From contig JALGYY010000009.1 in the NCBI GenBank assembly GCA_025782575.1, positions 99,512 through 163,511 on the forward strand: 64,000 nt of DNA, given 5' to 3'. Positions 39,799 to 50,312 of the stretch are shown piece after piece. Position numbers and translations under genes: made by a program. Under the pieces are notes generated by a model. The model worked only from the letters and a program-made list of their open reading frames with translations, was not told the origin of the DNA and did no database searches. Position 1 is the stretch's first letter; each line of letters begins with the position of its first letter. Source of the DNA: a bacterium. Lineage in GTDB: Bacteria; Orphanbacterota; Orphanbacteria; Orphanbacterales; Orphanbacteraceae.

Positions 39799-41716
39799 GC
39801 CGTTCCAGAATGACTCTCACATCATTCTGGCGGGGATCCAGAGCGAGAGCCTGCTCATAGTCCGCAATCGCTTCCATGCGCTTTCCCATTAGAGTTCTCA
39901 CGTGGCCTCGATTAATCCATGCCGCCAGATATTGTCCCTGTATCGCGATTACTTCCGTGAATAGCGATTCCGCCTCCGCCGTGCGGCCAAGTTCCATTTT
40001 GGCGTAGGCCAAGTTGTGGAGCGCGAACGGATGGCGAGGATAAATGGAGAGTATGATCTCCGCACATTCGATCCCCCCTTCAGGATCATTGGTGGATGTA
40101 CGTGCCGCACCGAGATTGAGGAGTGAATTGATGTGCCATGGTCGATGGCGGAGGACGCGTTCGAGCGCTCCCTTCGCTTCGTCATATCGGCCCAGTCGGA
40201 CGGCTGCCGCCCCGGCGACGGCGAGCCCGTCCAGGCGACCCGGCGATAGCATGGCAGACCGCATTCCATGCTCCCATGCGCTCCTGTGATCACCGGTCGA
40301 CTCGGCCAGCCTCGCTGCCCGGTAAGCTCGGTCACTTTCAATATGCGTTACAAGCACGCTTCCTAGGATCAGCGCGACAAGAAGTGCAGTGGCGGGGAAA
40401 ACAAGGCGGAGTCCCTTGGGGATCGCCAGATTGAGGGTCGGGGGTGACTCGCTTTCTGACCGTCTCGATGAAACGACAATGCCGGCAGCAATGGCGAGTA
40501 GAAGAGGGGGTATCGGGCGGTGAAGTGGAAAACTGAAGAACGAAACGGTCATATATGCCGCAAGAAAGCCGAGGGCGGCAAGGGAAACGGGATAATGATC
40601 GGGGTGCGATCTCTTTCGGAAGAGATCGGCCGCGAAGATCAGAATGGCGAAAAGCCAGGAGAGATAGAGCAGGAGTCCGGGGATGCCGAGGTCGGCGGCA
40701 GCCTGAAGAAAGTCGTTATGAAGCCACCGGGCCTGTATTTCGAAACCGAAAATACGGTCGACAACGGAGGCCCTTCTGTACAGAGGGTAGTAGACATCGA
40801 AGTTGCGGGCGCCGGCTCCGAGAAGAGGCTTGTCCAAGATGAAGGGGACGACGTTTCGCCACATGTCGAGCCGTACCTGAGCGGAGGTGGGCCTCTCCCC
40901 CTGTCTGGCGATCTCCTCCTGAATACCCATCAAAGGTCCTGCACCGGGAGCGATCAGTATCGGGAGAAGACCGGAGAAGAGAACCAGAAAAATGAGGCTG
41001 CACCGAAGCCGGCGGGATCGATCGGGGGGCAGTCGATTGGATGCGATCAAGATACCCGGTATCAGGATCAGAAGGACGGCTCCTGCAGCAAGCCAGGCCG
41101 CCCTCGTTTCGGTGTAGCGCAGGAAGAGATGGGCGAAGGCTCCCGCCGGGAGCGCTGTCCACCGGAAGAGTCGTGAACGCGCGAAAACCGAGGCGATCAG
41201 GATGAGCGGGAAGATCATCACGACATAATGGGCGGCGAAATTTTTGTTCCCGAAGACGGAAGCGGGGGGGACGGTCTGCAGAAAGATGTCCCGGCCGAGG
41301 AGGTGCTGGGCGATGCCGATCGCCGATACGGCACATGCCGAGGCAACGAGACAGGTGGCGAAGCGGCCCCGCCATGTGGCACCGATCCGTGTAGTGAGCA
41401 CCAGGTAGATCAGAAAGCAGAGGGCGAGCCAGATCGCTTCGATGGCAGCGACATGGCGATCAAGAGCCCAGGTGATCGAGAGCCCGGTCCAGATGACGAA
41501 TGCGGCGCCGGCTAGAGTGGCCCAATCCGTCGGGAGCGAGAGGGCTCCCCTCCATACTGCCCGGGATGCGGCGAGAATGCCTGTGACGAGGATGATTACC
41601 GTGGCCGCCGCTTGATGAGACAGCAGGGCATATTCCGAAAGCCCGCCCAGCCGGACGAACGGAGGGATCACGATCAGGGCACTAAGACAGATACCGAGGA
41701 GGTTCATGAGTGACAT
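39752..41716 (-). CDS. O-antigen ligase/polymerase-like (Wzy_C) membrane protein with C-terminal TPR repeats
   Basis: About 12 TM helices with a Wzy_C-like periplasmic loop, then C-terminal TPR repeats. 3' end convergently overlaps the hybrid kinase. Confidence 0.6.
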   Translation of the reverse strand: MSLMNLLGICLSALIVIPPFVRLGGLSEYALLSHQAAATVIILVTGILAASRAVWRGALSLPTDWATLAGAAFVIWTGLSITWALDRHVAAIEAIWLALCFLIYLVLTTRIGATWRGRFATCLVASACAVSAIGIAQHLLGRDIFLQTVPPASVFGNKNFAAHYVVMIFPLILIASVFARSRLFRWTALPAGAFAHLFLRYTETRAAWLAAGAVLLILIPGILIASNRLPPDRSRRLRCSLIFLVLFSGLLPILIAPGAGPLMGIQEEIARQGERPTSAQVRLDMWRNVVPFILDKPLLGAGARNFDVYYPLYRRASVVDRIFGFEIQARWLHNDFLQAAADLGIPGLLLYLSWLFAILIFAADLFRKRSHPDHYPVSLAALGFLAAYMTVSFFSFPLHRPIPPLLLAIAAGIVVSSRRSESESPPTLNLAIPKGLRLVFPATALLVALILGSVLVTHIESDRAYRAARLAESTGDHRSAWEHGMRSAMLSPGRLDGLAVAGAAAVRLGRYDEAKGALERVLRHRPWHINSLLNLGAARTSTNDPEGGIECAEIILSIYPRHPFALHNLAYAKMELGRTAEAESLFTEVIAIQGQYLAAWINRGHVRTLMGKRMEAIADYEQALALDPRQNDVRVILERLKRGKSPENEALYPR

Positions 41717-41797
41717 GCACTCTGACAGGATTAGCGGTTCGGAGCAAGTGAGGTGGGGGAAAGGAGCGAGCCCTCTGCCGGGGACTCGAATGTCGCG

Positions 41798-42964
41798 CTA
41801 AGGGGCGACCGTTTCCCTCACCGGAGTGGGGGCGGGAGAGCTTACGGGGGTAGACTCCCCAGGTGCGGTCGGGACTTCCGTTACCGGCTGACTTCCATTT
41901 TTCAATACTTCGAACATAAAGAAGAAGGTACTCCCCTCGGCAGGCTGACTCTCCACCCCGATCGTACCGCCCATATGTTCGACAATATCCTTTGTGATGG
42001 CGAGGCCGAGGCCTGTCCCCTTTGCTCGCACCCCCATGGGCGTAGCCGCCCGATGGAATCGTTCGAAAATCCGGCCGATCTGATCGTGCGGAATGCCGAC
42101 GCCCGTATCGCTGATTGTCACTCTCAAGGCTCTCTCACCCGACCTGGTCTTGCTCTTGACCAGAGTGGCTGAGACGACGACCGACCCTCCGTCGGGAGTG
42201 AATTTGTAGGCGTTGCCCACAAGATTCGTCATGACCTGCACCATACGATCGCGGTCGAGATAGAGTTCGGGCAAGCCGGCTTCGATCTCCTTCCTCACCT
42301 TTATTTTTCTCGTTTCGCCAAGGGCCTCCGTGATCGCGAGCCCGCGATCGATGATTTCCTCAATGTCGCAACTCTGCAGGTCCCAGTTCATCGTGCCCGA
42401 TTCGATCTTGGCAAGGTCGAGTAGATTGCGAACGAGATCGGATAGCCGTCGCGATTCCTCGCTGATCAGACGGTAGAATTTCTGAGTAGTCGCTTTATCC
42501 GCTTCTTCATAGCTTAATAGAGTCTGAGAAATGGTGAAGATCGACGCCAGCGGTGTCTGGAGTTCGTGGGACACGGTGGAAATGAGCATATCCTTCAGGC
42601 TGCCGACCTTCTGAAGTTCCTCGAGAGTCGACTCCTGGTCGCGCGATCGCTCGGCGAGTCTTCGGAGAAGAAACTGCTGGCTGAACAGAGTGGATTTCAG
42701 GAAGCGGATTTCCCGCCGCTTGGCCGTCGTGTACAGACAGAACAGAATGACCAGACCTGGGAGGCCGACGGAGAGAGTTGTCCTGTAGTGGTTCTCGACG
42801 CTCAGGTTGGCCGGGATGAAACCGTTTGCGGCCAGGTACTGCACGATTACCGTTACCGAAAGAGTAATCATCAGGACCATCGACATGAACCAGTAGGTTC
42901 GCTCGCTCCGGTTGAGACGGGCGAGTACCTGCTGGTCATCCATCGGCTTTTTTTCGTGATCCAT
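41798..42964 (-). CDS. Sensor histidine kinase
   Basis: Two N-terminal TM helices, HisKA (STVSHELQTPLASI) and HATPase_c (GGTIGVESQPAEGSTFFF). Confidence 0.8.
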   Translation of the reverse strand: MDHEKKPMDDQQVLARLNRSERTYWFMSMVLMITLSVTVIVQYLAANGFIPANLSVENHYRTTLSVGLPGLVILFCLYTTAKRREIRFLKSTLFSQQFLLRRLAERSRDQESTLEELQKVGSLKDMLISTVSHELQTPLASIFTISQTLLSYEEADKATTQKFYRLISEESRRLSDLVRNLLDLAKIESGTMNWDLQSCDIEEIIDRGLAITEALGETRKIKVRKEIEAGLPELYLDRDRMVQVMTNLVGNAYKFTPDGGSVVVSATLVKSKTRSGERALRVTISDTGVGIPHDQIGRIFERFHRAATPMGVRAKGTGLGLAITKDIVEHMGGTIGVESQPAEGSTFFFMFEVLKNGSQPVTEVPTAPGESTPVSSPAPTPVRETVAP

Positions 42965-43100
42965 ATTGTCCAGACCGCGTGAAAAGGTGAATGTCCTGCT
43001 CCCTGTTCCTGCTTGAACTATCGGCTCCTGGAGTGGATTTCTTGATGAAAGGACAAACTGCGCGGTAGGGGGACAAATCGGACAAATCAGGCCGGGAACT

Positions 43101-44597
43101 TTAGGATATCGACGATGTTTCCGCGGTTGCCGCCTTGCAGGCGATCAGATCTTCCGCCGCGGCTCTGAGGATTTTCCCCACCGCCTGAAAAGCCTGTTCC
43201 GTACGGCCCTCATAGCGGATGCGGGCAGTTCCGTCCTCCCTGCCCAGATAGAAGACACCCCAACCGTCATCCAGAGTGATGCGTACGGCGTGCGTGTGAT
43301 CCTCTCGAATCGAGCGAATCGGTAAACCGAGGTCCTTTTGCTCCCGAAGCCGGTCGGCCACAGCATTCAGAATCGGACCGTCACTATCGAGCGGGATCAC
43401 CTTTTCGGGTGAAACATACCGGTCGGCTTGAGGAAGCAGGCTACGGATGCTCACCATTTCAGAACGATCTTTCCGAGCCCGTGCGAGGAGTTCAACGAGC
43501 CGGAGGGAAGCGTAGGTCCCATCGTCAAATCCGAGATACCGGTCGGCGAAGTGATAGTGCCCCTCAGCGTCACCGGCAAATAGAACCTGGCCAGTCCGGA
43601 TCGCTTCCATCATTGACCGGTGGCCGGGCGGGAGATGGACCAGAGTACCGCCTCGTCTTGCGAGAGCTTCTTCGAGTCTGTCAGTCGTTCGGAGATCACA
43701 GGCAACCCGAACACCGGGATGGTGATCGGCCATCGATTGGGCAAAGAGAAGCATCAAGTGGTCCGGTCTCACGGCCTCCCCTTGATTATCGACGATGCGC
43801 AGGCGATCCCCATCGCCATCGAAGATCACACCGAAATCGGCCCTCGCCGCCCGGACCGTCTGCCCGAGTTCACGGAGCGCCGCCGGATCTGACGGATCGT
43901 AGAGACTGGCTCGATCGGCCGCTTCCAGAGAGCAACGGAGTCGAAGTACGCGACATCCGATTCGCGTAAGTGCCTGCGGCGCTGTGAGTGCCGCCACACC
44001 GTTACCGCCGGCCACTACCACATGAATCGGTTTAGATCCCATCCACTTCTGCGCGGGTTCGAATTCGCGTTGCATCGATCGTAGATAGTCGGGCACCATG
44101 TTCAGATAGGTCACTTCGCCTATCATGGGGAGCAGGTCACGCCTGCCGATATGCCTGCTGTTCGCCAGGATTTCGTCCAGGAGATTTTTCTCGAGAGGCT
44201 GCCGGCCTATGTACAGCCTTGCCCCGTTCCAACCGGCCGGCCTGTGACTCCCGGTGAGGGAGATAGCCCCTTCCGTCTTCAAATGAAAAGCTGAAAAATT
44301 GACGAGCGGCGATGGCGCCATGCCGAGATTTAAAACGTTGATCCCTTCGGCGCAGAGGCCGCGTACAAGAGCGTTCTGCAGATCCCACGAACTGGGCCGC
44401 GCGTCAAAACCCAGAACGACCCGCCGCTTGGTGCCGCTCTTCCCGTCGAATATCCTGTTCACGAGGATGCCGTATGCACGGCCCAGGCGAACGAGGTAGT
44501 CCGGCGTGAAAGCCACTTCGTACAATCCGCGCACTTCGTGGCCGTCCGTAATGAGTTTGTATGGTTCCTGCATGATCGAACCTCGCCTGCCCGGCAT
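43101..44597 (-). CDS. Phosphohexomutase family protein (phosphomannomutase/phosphoglucomutase-like)
   Basis: Active-site region LTGSHRPAGWNG (a variant of TASHNP) and the metal-binding loop GVIFDGDGDRLRIVD characteristic of alpha-D-phosphohexomutases. Confidence 0.65.
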   Translation of the reverse strand: MPGRRGSIMQEPYKLITDGHEVRGLYEVAFTPDYLVRLGRAYGILVNRIFDGKSGTKRRVVLGFDARPSSWDLQNALVRGLCAEGINVLNLGMAPSPLVNFSAFHLKTEGAISLTGSHRPAGWNGARLYIGRQPLEKNLLDEILANSRHIGRRDLLPMIGEVTYLNMVPDYLRSMQREFEPAQKWMGSKPIHVVVAGGNGVAALTAPQALTRIGCRVLRLRCSLEAADRASLYDPSDPAALRELGQTVRAARADFGVIFDGDGDRLRIVDNQGEAVRPDHLMLLFAQSMADHHPGVRVACDLRTTDRLEEALARRGGTLVHLPPGHRSMMEAIRTGQVLFAGDAEGHYHFADRYLGFDDGTYASLRLVELLARARKDRSEMVSIRSLLPQADRYVSPEKVIPLDSDGPILNAVADRLREQKDLGLPIRSIREDHTHAVRITLDDGWGVFYLGREDGTARIRYEGRTEQAFQAVGKILRAAAEDLIACKAATAETSSIS

Positions 44598-44756
44598 CGG
44601 GCTTCGTTGGTCCGAGGTTCGGCTTTGTCAGTATGAGGCTTGAATCAAAAGCGGGGCGGCCGGCAGGGCGCCGCTCTTTCGGGGGCCCGGCTCCGCAAGT
44701 CACCGGCCCGTTGCGGTTCAGTCGCTCTCCGGTTACCTTCCTACGAGAGGATCACC

Positions 44757-45140
44757 ATGGAAGAGAGTGAGAATACCAAACGAATCGTCATTCGATTCCT
44801 GCCATCCGATCGGGAAGTCGAAATCGAAAAGGGGACGGATCTGCTCACTGCCGCCCTCGAAAACGATGTTCCCATCGCCACGCAGTGTAAGGGAAACGCT
44901 CGCTGCGGATGTTGTCTGATCGAGATTATTGAGGGCTCGAATAATCTCAACAAGATCGGTATTGACGAGCGGGATTACCTGCCGCGGAAGGAAATGCGTC
45001 TCGCCTGCCGCGCCCGCGCGTATGGCCCGGTCACCGTTCGTTGCGTGCAGGACCCGGAAGCCATCACCAAAAACCGATCGACCCGCCTACGGAAAGATTC
45101 CGAGTTCGAGGTAGGTGGTCCCGACCTTCTTGATTGCTGA
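44757..45140 (+). CDS. 2Fe-2S ferredoxin-like protein
   Basis: Start at MEESENTK, immediately after AGGA. Cys cluster QCKGNARCGCC...LAC consistent with a 2Fe-2S ferredoxin fold. The ORF-track start at 44640 is unlikely. Confidence 0.55.
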   Translation: MEESENTKRIVIRFLPSDREVEIEKGTDLLTAALENDVPIATQCKGNARCGCCLIEIIEGSNNLNKIGIDERDYLPRKEMRLACRARAYGPVTVRCVQDPEAITKNRSTRLRKDSEFEVGGPDLLDC

Positions 45141-46520
45141 TACATAGGCTGCTGTCCGCAGATCTTTGATAGCCTTGTTTCGGTTTCGGATATGGCGAAT
45201 CTCGTTGTACGCGTCGACCATTGTCTGTTCGAGGCCGGAGTAGACAAGATCGTGCTCCCCCACTCCGCGCATTAACGTTTCCTTCGTTTTGCTCGGGTAT
45301 TTGTGTCCTGTCAACGCCTCGGTGGCGTTCAGCAGATTGCTGCGCTGAAACTCGCCTACCCGCTTTTCGAGTCTACCGAACCGCATGTGAGAGAGGTTCT
45401 TGCTCCATTCGAAATAGGAAACGGTCACCCCCCCCGCGTTCAGGAAGATGTCGGGAACAATGAGAGCACCCTTCTTGTTGAGGTAATCCTCGGCCTCAGA
45501 GGTGGTCGGGCCGTTCGCCGCCTCCGCTATGATCTTTGCGCGGATCCTCTTCATGTTGCTTCGGTTGATCTGGGCCTCGAGCGCGGAAGGGATCAGTATG
45601 TCGCAATTCACCTGGAGGCAGTCCGTTCCTTTGGGAGTGCTCTTGCAGCCGGGAAACGCCTGAATCGATTTGTGCCGTTTCTTCCACTTCATCAGTTTGT
45701 TGATATCGATACCATTGGGATTGTGGATCGTACCGTCCCACTCGCCGATCGCGACGATTCTGGCGCCGTCTTCCTCGAAGAGAGTGCAGGCTGCATGATA
45801 GCCCACATTGCCGAGACCCTGGATCGAGATAGTCTTCCCTTCCAGTGATCCTGATAGACCCAGTTTCTGCATGTCCTTCTGATGACGGAACACCTCGCGG
45901 AGCGCATACACAACGCCGAGACCGGTCGCTTCACGGCGACCGCGGATTCCTCCCTGGCTGAGTGGCTTCCCGGTGGTGCAGGCGAGGTTATCGAGACCGC
46001 CCGGATGAAACGTATCGTAGGTATCCGCAATCCAGCTCATTTCCCGCTCACCCGTTCCGTAGTCGGGAGCGGGGACATTCGTACCGGGCCCGATGAAGTC
46101 TTTCTTGATGAGTTCGGTGGTGTAGCGCCGGGTGATCCTCTCGAGCTGTTCCGCATTGTAGTCACGGGGACGGAGCTTGATGCCCCCCTTGGAGCCTCCG
46201 AACGGAACGTTCACGATCGCGCACTTGTAAGTCATGAGGGCGGCAAGCGCCATTACCTCATCCTGCGTTACCATGGAGCTGTAACGGATACCGCCTTTCA
46301 GCGGCTTTTTGTGATGAGAGTGTTCCGCTCGCCATGCTTCAAAAATCTTGTAGTTCCTCCCGATTTTTACGGGAAACTGAACGTAGTAAACGTTGCTGCA
46401 GACTTTGATCTGCTCCAGCAGACCTGATGGTAACTTGACGTGTCGCGCCGCCTTATCGAACTGGCGTTGCACAGTGTGATTCAGATTGAGATCTTCTTTG
46501 GCTCGGGTTCTGGAGGCCAA
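45087..46520 (-). CDS. gdhA: Glutamate dehydrogenase (Glu/Leu/Phe/Val dehydrogenase family)
   Basis: Catalytic region KGGIRYSSMVTQDEVMALAALMTYKCAIVNVPFGGSKGGI and a C-terminal NAD(P)-binding domain. Probable TTG start at 46520 preceded by GAGGAGG at 8-nt spacing; the ORF-track N-terminal extension is unlikely. Confidence 0.85.
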   Translation of the reverse strand: MASRTRAKEDLNLNHTVQRQFDKAARHVKLPSGLLEQIKVCSNVYYVQFPVKIGRNYKIFEAWRAEHSHHKKPLKGGIRYSSMVTQDEVMALAALMTYKCAIVNVPFGGSKGGIKLRPRDYNAEQLERITRRYTTELIKKDFIGPGTNVPAPDYGTGEREMSWIADTYDTFHPGGLDNLACTTGKPLSQGGIRGRREATGLGVVYALREVFRHQKDMQKLGLSGSLEGKTISIQGLGNVGYHAACTLFEEDGARIVAIGEWDGTIHNPNGIDINKLMKWKKRHKSIQAFPGCKSTPKGTDCLQVNCDILIPSALEAQINRSNMKRIRAKIIAEAANGPTTSEAEDYLNKKGALIVPDIFLNAGGVTVSYFEWSKNLSHMRFGRLEKRVGEFQRSNLLNATEALTGHKYPSKTKETLMRGVGEHDLVYSGLEQTMVDAYNEIRHIRNRNKAIKDLRTAAYVSAIKKVGTTYLELGIFP

Positions 46521-46692
46521 GGGTGTTTCCTCCTCACTAAGCTGGCGCGAGAAGGCGCCGGGTTTGATTCGCTGCAGCGATGGAGACCCGCCCACGTTAC
46601 GGAAGAACAGGCGGGGCACCGTGCCTGGGGAATCGAGTGTAGGCGGGAGGGGGTGGGGAGTCAATAGTATGGCCCGGGCAAGGGAATGAGCT

Positions 46693-47199
46693 ATGATAGG
46701 TGCTATGAGCGGCGAATCTCCGGATGATCTCCACGAAATCCTGACTGAGCTTGGCACGCGTCTCCGCGCGACCAGGATGCGACTGGTGCTGGCCGAGTCC
46801 TGCACCGGCGGCGGCATCGCCCATGCAGTCACCTGCATGGCGGGATGCTCCGACTGGTTCGATCGGGCGTATGTTACCTATTCCGACAAAGCGAAATCTG
46901 ACATGTTGGGGGTCGAGAGCAAGACGATTGTCAGGTTCGGCGCGGTGAGCGAGGAGACGGTGATCGAGATGGCAAGGAAAGCGCTCGACCGGAGCGGGAC
47001 AGATCTGGCGATCGCTGTCAGCGGGATCGCCGGGCCGGGAGGGGGGGCGCCGGATAAGCCGGTCGGTACCGTCTGTTTCGCATGGGCAGGAAGAGAAGGT
47101 GAAAGTCGTGCGGAGACTGTGCACTTCGATGGGAACCGGGCTGAAGTTCGGGCCGCTTCCGTGAAGCACGCCCTTCGCGGATTGCTGGCCATGCTCTAG
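46693..47199 (+). CDS. CinA C-terminal domain protein (PncC-type nicotinamide-nucleotide amidohydrolase)
   Basis: LVLAESCTGGGIAHAVT...AIAVSGIAGPGGG, typical of the CinA_C/PncC domain. 168 aa. Confidence 0.75.
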   Translation: MIGAMSGESPDDLHEILTELGTRLRATRMRLVLAESCTGGGIAHAVTCMAGCSDWFDRAYVTYSDKAKSDMLGVESKTIVRFGAVSEETVIEMARKALDRSGTDLAIAVSGIAGPGGGAPDKPVGTVCFAWAGREGESRAETVHFDGNRAEVRAASVKHALRGLLAML

Positions 47200-47203
47200 C
47201 CAC

Positions 47204-47289
47204 CCCCTTTAGTTCTGGGGACACAATACTTAATTCCCCCCAACCATTTTGGCGGGAATTAAGTATTGTGTCCCCAGAACTAAAGGGGG
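47204..47289. repeat. Palindromic repeat element, copy B (perfect 36-bp stem, 14-nt loop)
   Basis: CCCCCTTTAGTTCTGGGGACACAATACTTAATTCCC (47204-47239) is the exact reverse complement of 47254-47289. Lies between convergent genes. Same family as 8650-8722. Confidence 0.8.
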
Positions 47290-47342
47290 ACCTCCCGCCG
47301 GAGATCCCCCTGTCAGCATTCATCAAAATTCGAAGGTTCTCT

Positions 47343-48746
47343 TTACGAGTCCTTTATCGCCGCCACAAGATCGAGCATGTTCTTCTTCGCATCGCCGAAG
47401 AACATGAGAGTATTGTCCGCGGCAAAGAGCGGGTTCGGGATGCCTGCAAAACCCGGGCTCAGGCTTCGCTTGACGATCACGACTGTCCGCGCCTTGTCAG
47501 CATCGAGAATCGGCATGCCGGCGATCGGACTGTTGGGGTCATCCCGCGCCACGGGATTGACGACATCATTGGCGCCGAGCACGATAGCCACGTCGCACTG
47601 CTGGAATGCCGGGTTGACAACGTCCATCTCCACAAGTTCGTCATAGGGGATGTCCGCTTCGGCGAGAAGTACATTCATGTGACCGGGCATCCGACCTGCG
47701 ACCGGATGGATCGCGTACTTTACATCAGTACCGTTCGCCTTGAGCAGGTTCGATAGATCCCGCACCGTATGCTGTGCCTGGGCGACGGCGAGGCCGTAAC
47801 CGGGGACGATGATCACGGAGCTTGCGCCGTCGAGCATCATCGCGACCTCCTCGGCCGACGTCGTCTTGATCCGACCTTCGTAGATCTCGTCCGCTCCCGG
47901 CATGGACGACTGGGCGCTGTCTCCCCACGTACCGAAGAGGACGTTGGCGAGTGATCGGTTCATCGCCTTGCACATGATCATCGTGAGTATGATTCCGGAT
48001 GCACCGACGAGCGAACCGGCGATGATGAGCACCGTGTTATTGAGAACGAAGCCGGTCGCTGCCGCTGCGATTCCGGAGTATGAGTTCAGCAGCGCGACGA
48101 CTACCGGCATGTCCGCTCCGCCGATCGGAATCACCGCGAGAACGCCGAGGATGGCGGCGGCCGCCATCAGGATCCAGTAGTTCTGGATGTTGCCGGGATC
48201 CATGACGATCATGACGATGAGTGCCAGACAGGCAAGCGCGAACAGGATCTTCACGATTTGAGCGCCCGGATAAGTAACGACGCCGGTGGAAACCAGGCCG
48301 CGTAGCTTGCCGAATGCGATCATCGATCCGGTGAATGTCACCATACCGATCAGGCCCGATGTGCCGGCGGCGATCGTGAACTGCGCGACGGGGATAGCTC
48401 CGATCGATCCCCCGCCGGCAAACTTGACGAGCTCCGCGCCGGCGACGAGTGATGAAGCGATCCCGCCGAAGCCATTGAACATGGCGACAAGCTCAGGCAT
48501 GGCGGTCATCTCGATCTTGGCGGCGAGAATGGCACCAACCAACGCCCCGACAGCAAGTCCGGCGATGATCCATTCAAAGGTGAGAACGTGCTGGTCGAAC
48601 AGCGTCACCACGAGTGCGATCAGCATACCTGTAGCGCCGAGGCGATTGCCCCGCACTGCCGTTTTCGGGTGAGTCAGTCCCTTCAGACCCATGATGAAGA
48701 GGACCGAAGCGACCAGATAAGCAAGAGGAATCAGTATCTCGTTCAC
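47343..48746 (-). CDS. pntB: NAD(P) transhydrogenase subunit beta
   Basis: N-terminal TM domain plus C-terminal NADP(H)-binding domain III (GYGLAVAQAQH...). 467 aa. Confidence 0.9.
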   Translation of the reverse strand: MNEILIPLAYLVASVLFIMGLKGLTHPKTAVRGNRLGATGMLIALVVTLFDQHVLTFEWIIAGLAVGALVGAILAAKIEMTAMPELVAMFNGFGGIASSLVAGAELVKFAGGGSIGAIPVAQFTIAAGTSGLIGMVTFTGSMIAFGKLRGLVSTGVVTYPGAQIVKILFALACLALIVMIVMDPGNIQNYWILMAAAAILGVLAVIPIGGADMPVVVALLNSYSGIAAAATGFVLNNTVLIIAGSLVGASGIILTMIMCKAMNRSLANVLFGTWGDSAQSSMPGADEIYEGRIKTTSAEEVAMMLDGASSVIIVPGYGLAVAQAQHTVRDLSNLLKANGTDVKYAIHPVAGRMPGHMNVLLAEADIPYDELVEMDVVNPAFQQCDVAIVLGANDVVNPVARDDPNSPIAGMPILDADKARTVVIVKRSLSPGFAGIPNPLFAADNTLMFFGDAKKNMLDLVAAIKDS

Positions 48747-48750
48747 TGGA

Positions 48751-49029
48751 TTAGTCCTTCTTCTTGAACATCTCGAGCATACGGTTGGTCACCATGAATC
48801 CACCCACCACATTGAGGGTGGCGAAAAGCACGGCAAGGAACCCGAGTATGGTTGTGATCTGATTGTGATCTGATCCGGCTGAAAGCAGAGCGCCGATAAT
48901 CGTAATGCCCGAGATCGCATTTGATCCCGACATGAGCGGCGTGTGTAAGGTCGGAGGCACCTTTGTAATAATCTCGAAGCCGACAAAGATCGCGAGAACG
49001 AAGACGGTAAGTAACAAGAGAAGTTCCAT
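48751..49029 (-). CDS. pntA: NAD(P) transhydrogenase subunit alpha, part 2 (membrane segment)
   Basis: 92-aa protein with three TM helices, between alpha part 1 and pntB. This is the three-gene split arrangement. Confidence 0.8.
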   Translation of the reverse strand: MELLLLLTVFVLAIFVGFEIITKVPPTLHTPLMSGSNAISGITIIGALLSAGSDHNQITTILGFLAVLFATLNVVGGFMVTNRMLEMFKKKD

Positions 49030-49031
49030 GC

Positions 49032-50198
49032 TCAGGCACCCCCTCCCGATTCCTTCGCCATCGCGTCGAGCACCATGGGATTAACCACTTCACCGTCTTT
49101 CGCGACCAGCGAGCCGGCGGTGATCTCATCTTCCATGTCGAGGGTGATCTCCCCCTCTTTGACGAGATGCAGAAGAAACGTCTGAATGTTTTTCGAATAC
49201 ATCTGGCTGGCGTGATAAGGCAGATCGGACGGCAGGTTTACGGCGCCTACGATCTGTACCCCGTATTTGACAACAGTCTCGCCCGCCACCGTGAGAGCGC
49301 AGTTCCCCCCCTTTTCGGCGGCGAGATCGACAATGACCGAACCCGGACGCATCCCCTTGACCACGTCTTCCTGGATGAGAACCGGCGACTTCTTGCCTGG
49401 TACGGCGGCGGTCGTAATCACAACGTCAGCAGCGCGAATATGATCCGCCATGAGATCCGCCTGCATCTTCTTCTGCTCTTCGGTAAGTTCTCTGGCGTAT
49501 CCTCCTGCGTCTTCCGAGTCGTCCGTTCCGAGATCGAGCTCGACAAACCGGCCGCCGAGTGACTGTACCTGCTCCTTGACTGCCGGTCGGACATCGAAGG
49601 CCTCCACAACGGCTCCGAGTCTCTTCGAGGTGGCGATCGCCTGAAGCCCCGCCACCCCCGCTCCCAGGACGAATACCTTGGCCGGTGACACCGTTCCTGC
49701 GGCGGTCATGAACATGGGAAAGAACTTCGGCAGTTTGGTAGCGCCGATCAGTACGGAGAGATATCCGGCAACAGTCGCCATCGAGGAGAGCACATCCATG
49801 CTCTGGGCGCGCGTAATTCGGGGCATCAGTTCCATTGCGAACACATTCGCCTTCGTCTCGGCGAGTTGTTTCATGATGGCTGTCTGAGCGAGCGGGTCAA
49901 GTGTGGCGATCAGGTACTGTCCGGCCCGGAGCATCCTCACATCGGCCTGGCCCGCCTCCGGATTCGCGCCGGGGCCGCGCACCTGCACGATAATATCTGA
50001 CTCGGCGAAGATCGCCTGGCGATCGAGGATCTTCGCGCCTTTCTCTTTGTACTCTTCGTCGGAAAAGCCGGCGGCGGTTCCTGCACCCGCTTCGATGGCA
50101 ACTTCGAGTCCCGCTTTCTGAAGCGGGCCGAGGGTCGAAGGGATCAGGCCTACACGTCGCTCCCCCGGAAACGTCTCTTTGGGAACTCCGATTTTCAC
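49032..50198 (-). CDS. pntA: NAD(P) transhydrogenase subunit alpha, part 1 (alanine dehydrogenase/PNT domain I)
   Basis: MKIGVPKETFPGERRV... with a Rossmann GAGVAG motif. 388 aa. Confidence 0.9.
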   Translation of the reverse strand: MKIGVPKETFPGERRVGLIPSTLGPLQKAGLEVAIEAGAGTAAGFSDEEYKEKGAKILDRQAIFAESDIIVQVRGPGANPEAGQADVRMLRAGQYLIATLDPLAQTAIMKQLAETKANVFAMELMPRITRAQSMDVLSSMATVAGYLSVLIGATKLPKFFPMFMTAAGTVSPAKVFVLGAGVAGLQAIATSKRLGAVVEAFDVRPAVKEQVQSLGGRFVELDLGTDDSEDAGGYARELTEEQKKMQADLMADHIRAADVVITTAAVPGKKSPVLIQEDVVKGMRPGSVIVDLAAEKGGNCALTVAGETVVKYGVQIVGAVNLPSDLPYHASQMYSKNIQTFLLHLVKEGEITLDMEDEITAGSLVAKDGEVVNPMVLDAMAKESGGGA

Positions 50199-50312
50199 AG
50201 CGGTCCTTCCTAGTTGAGGCCGAATGGATGGATCATGGTCACGGAGAATATCGAAGGGAGTGTGGTCCCCGTCAACCCCGAAACGACTACTTGTGAATGA
50301 CCCGGCGCTCTC

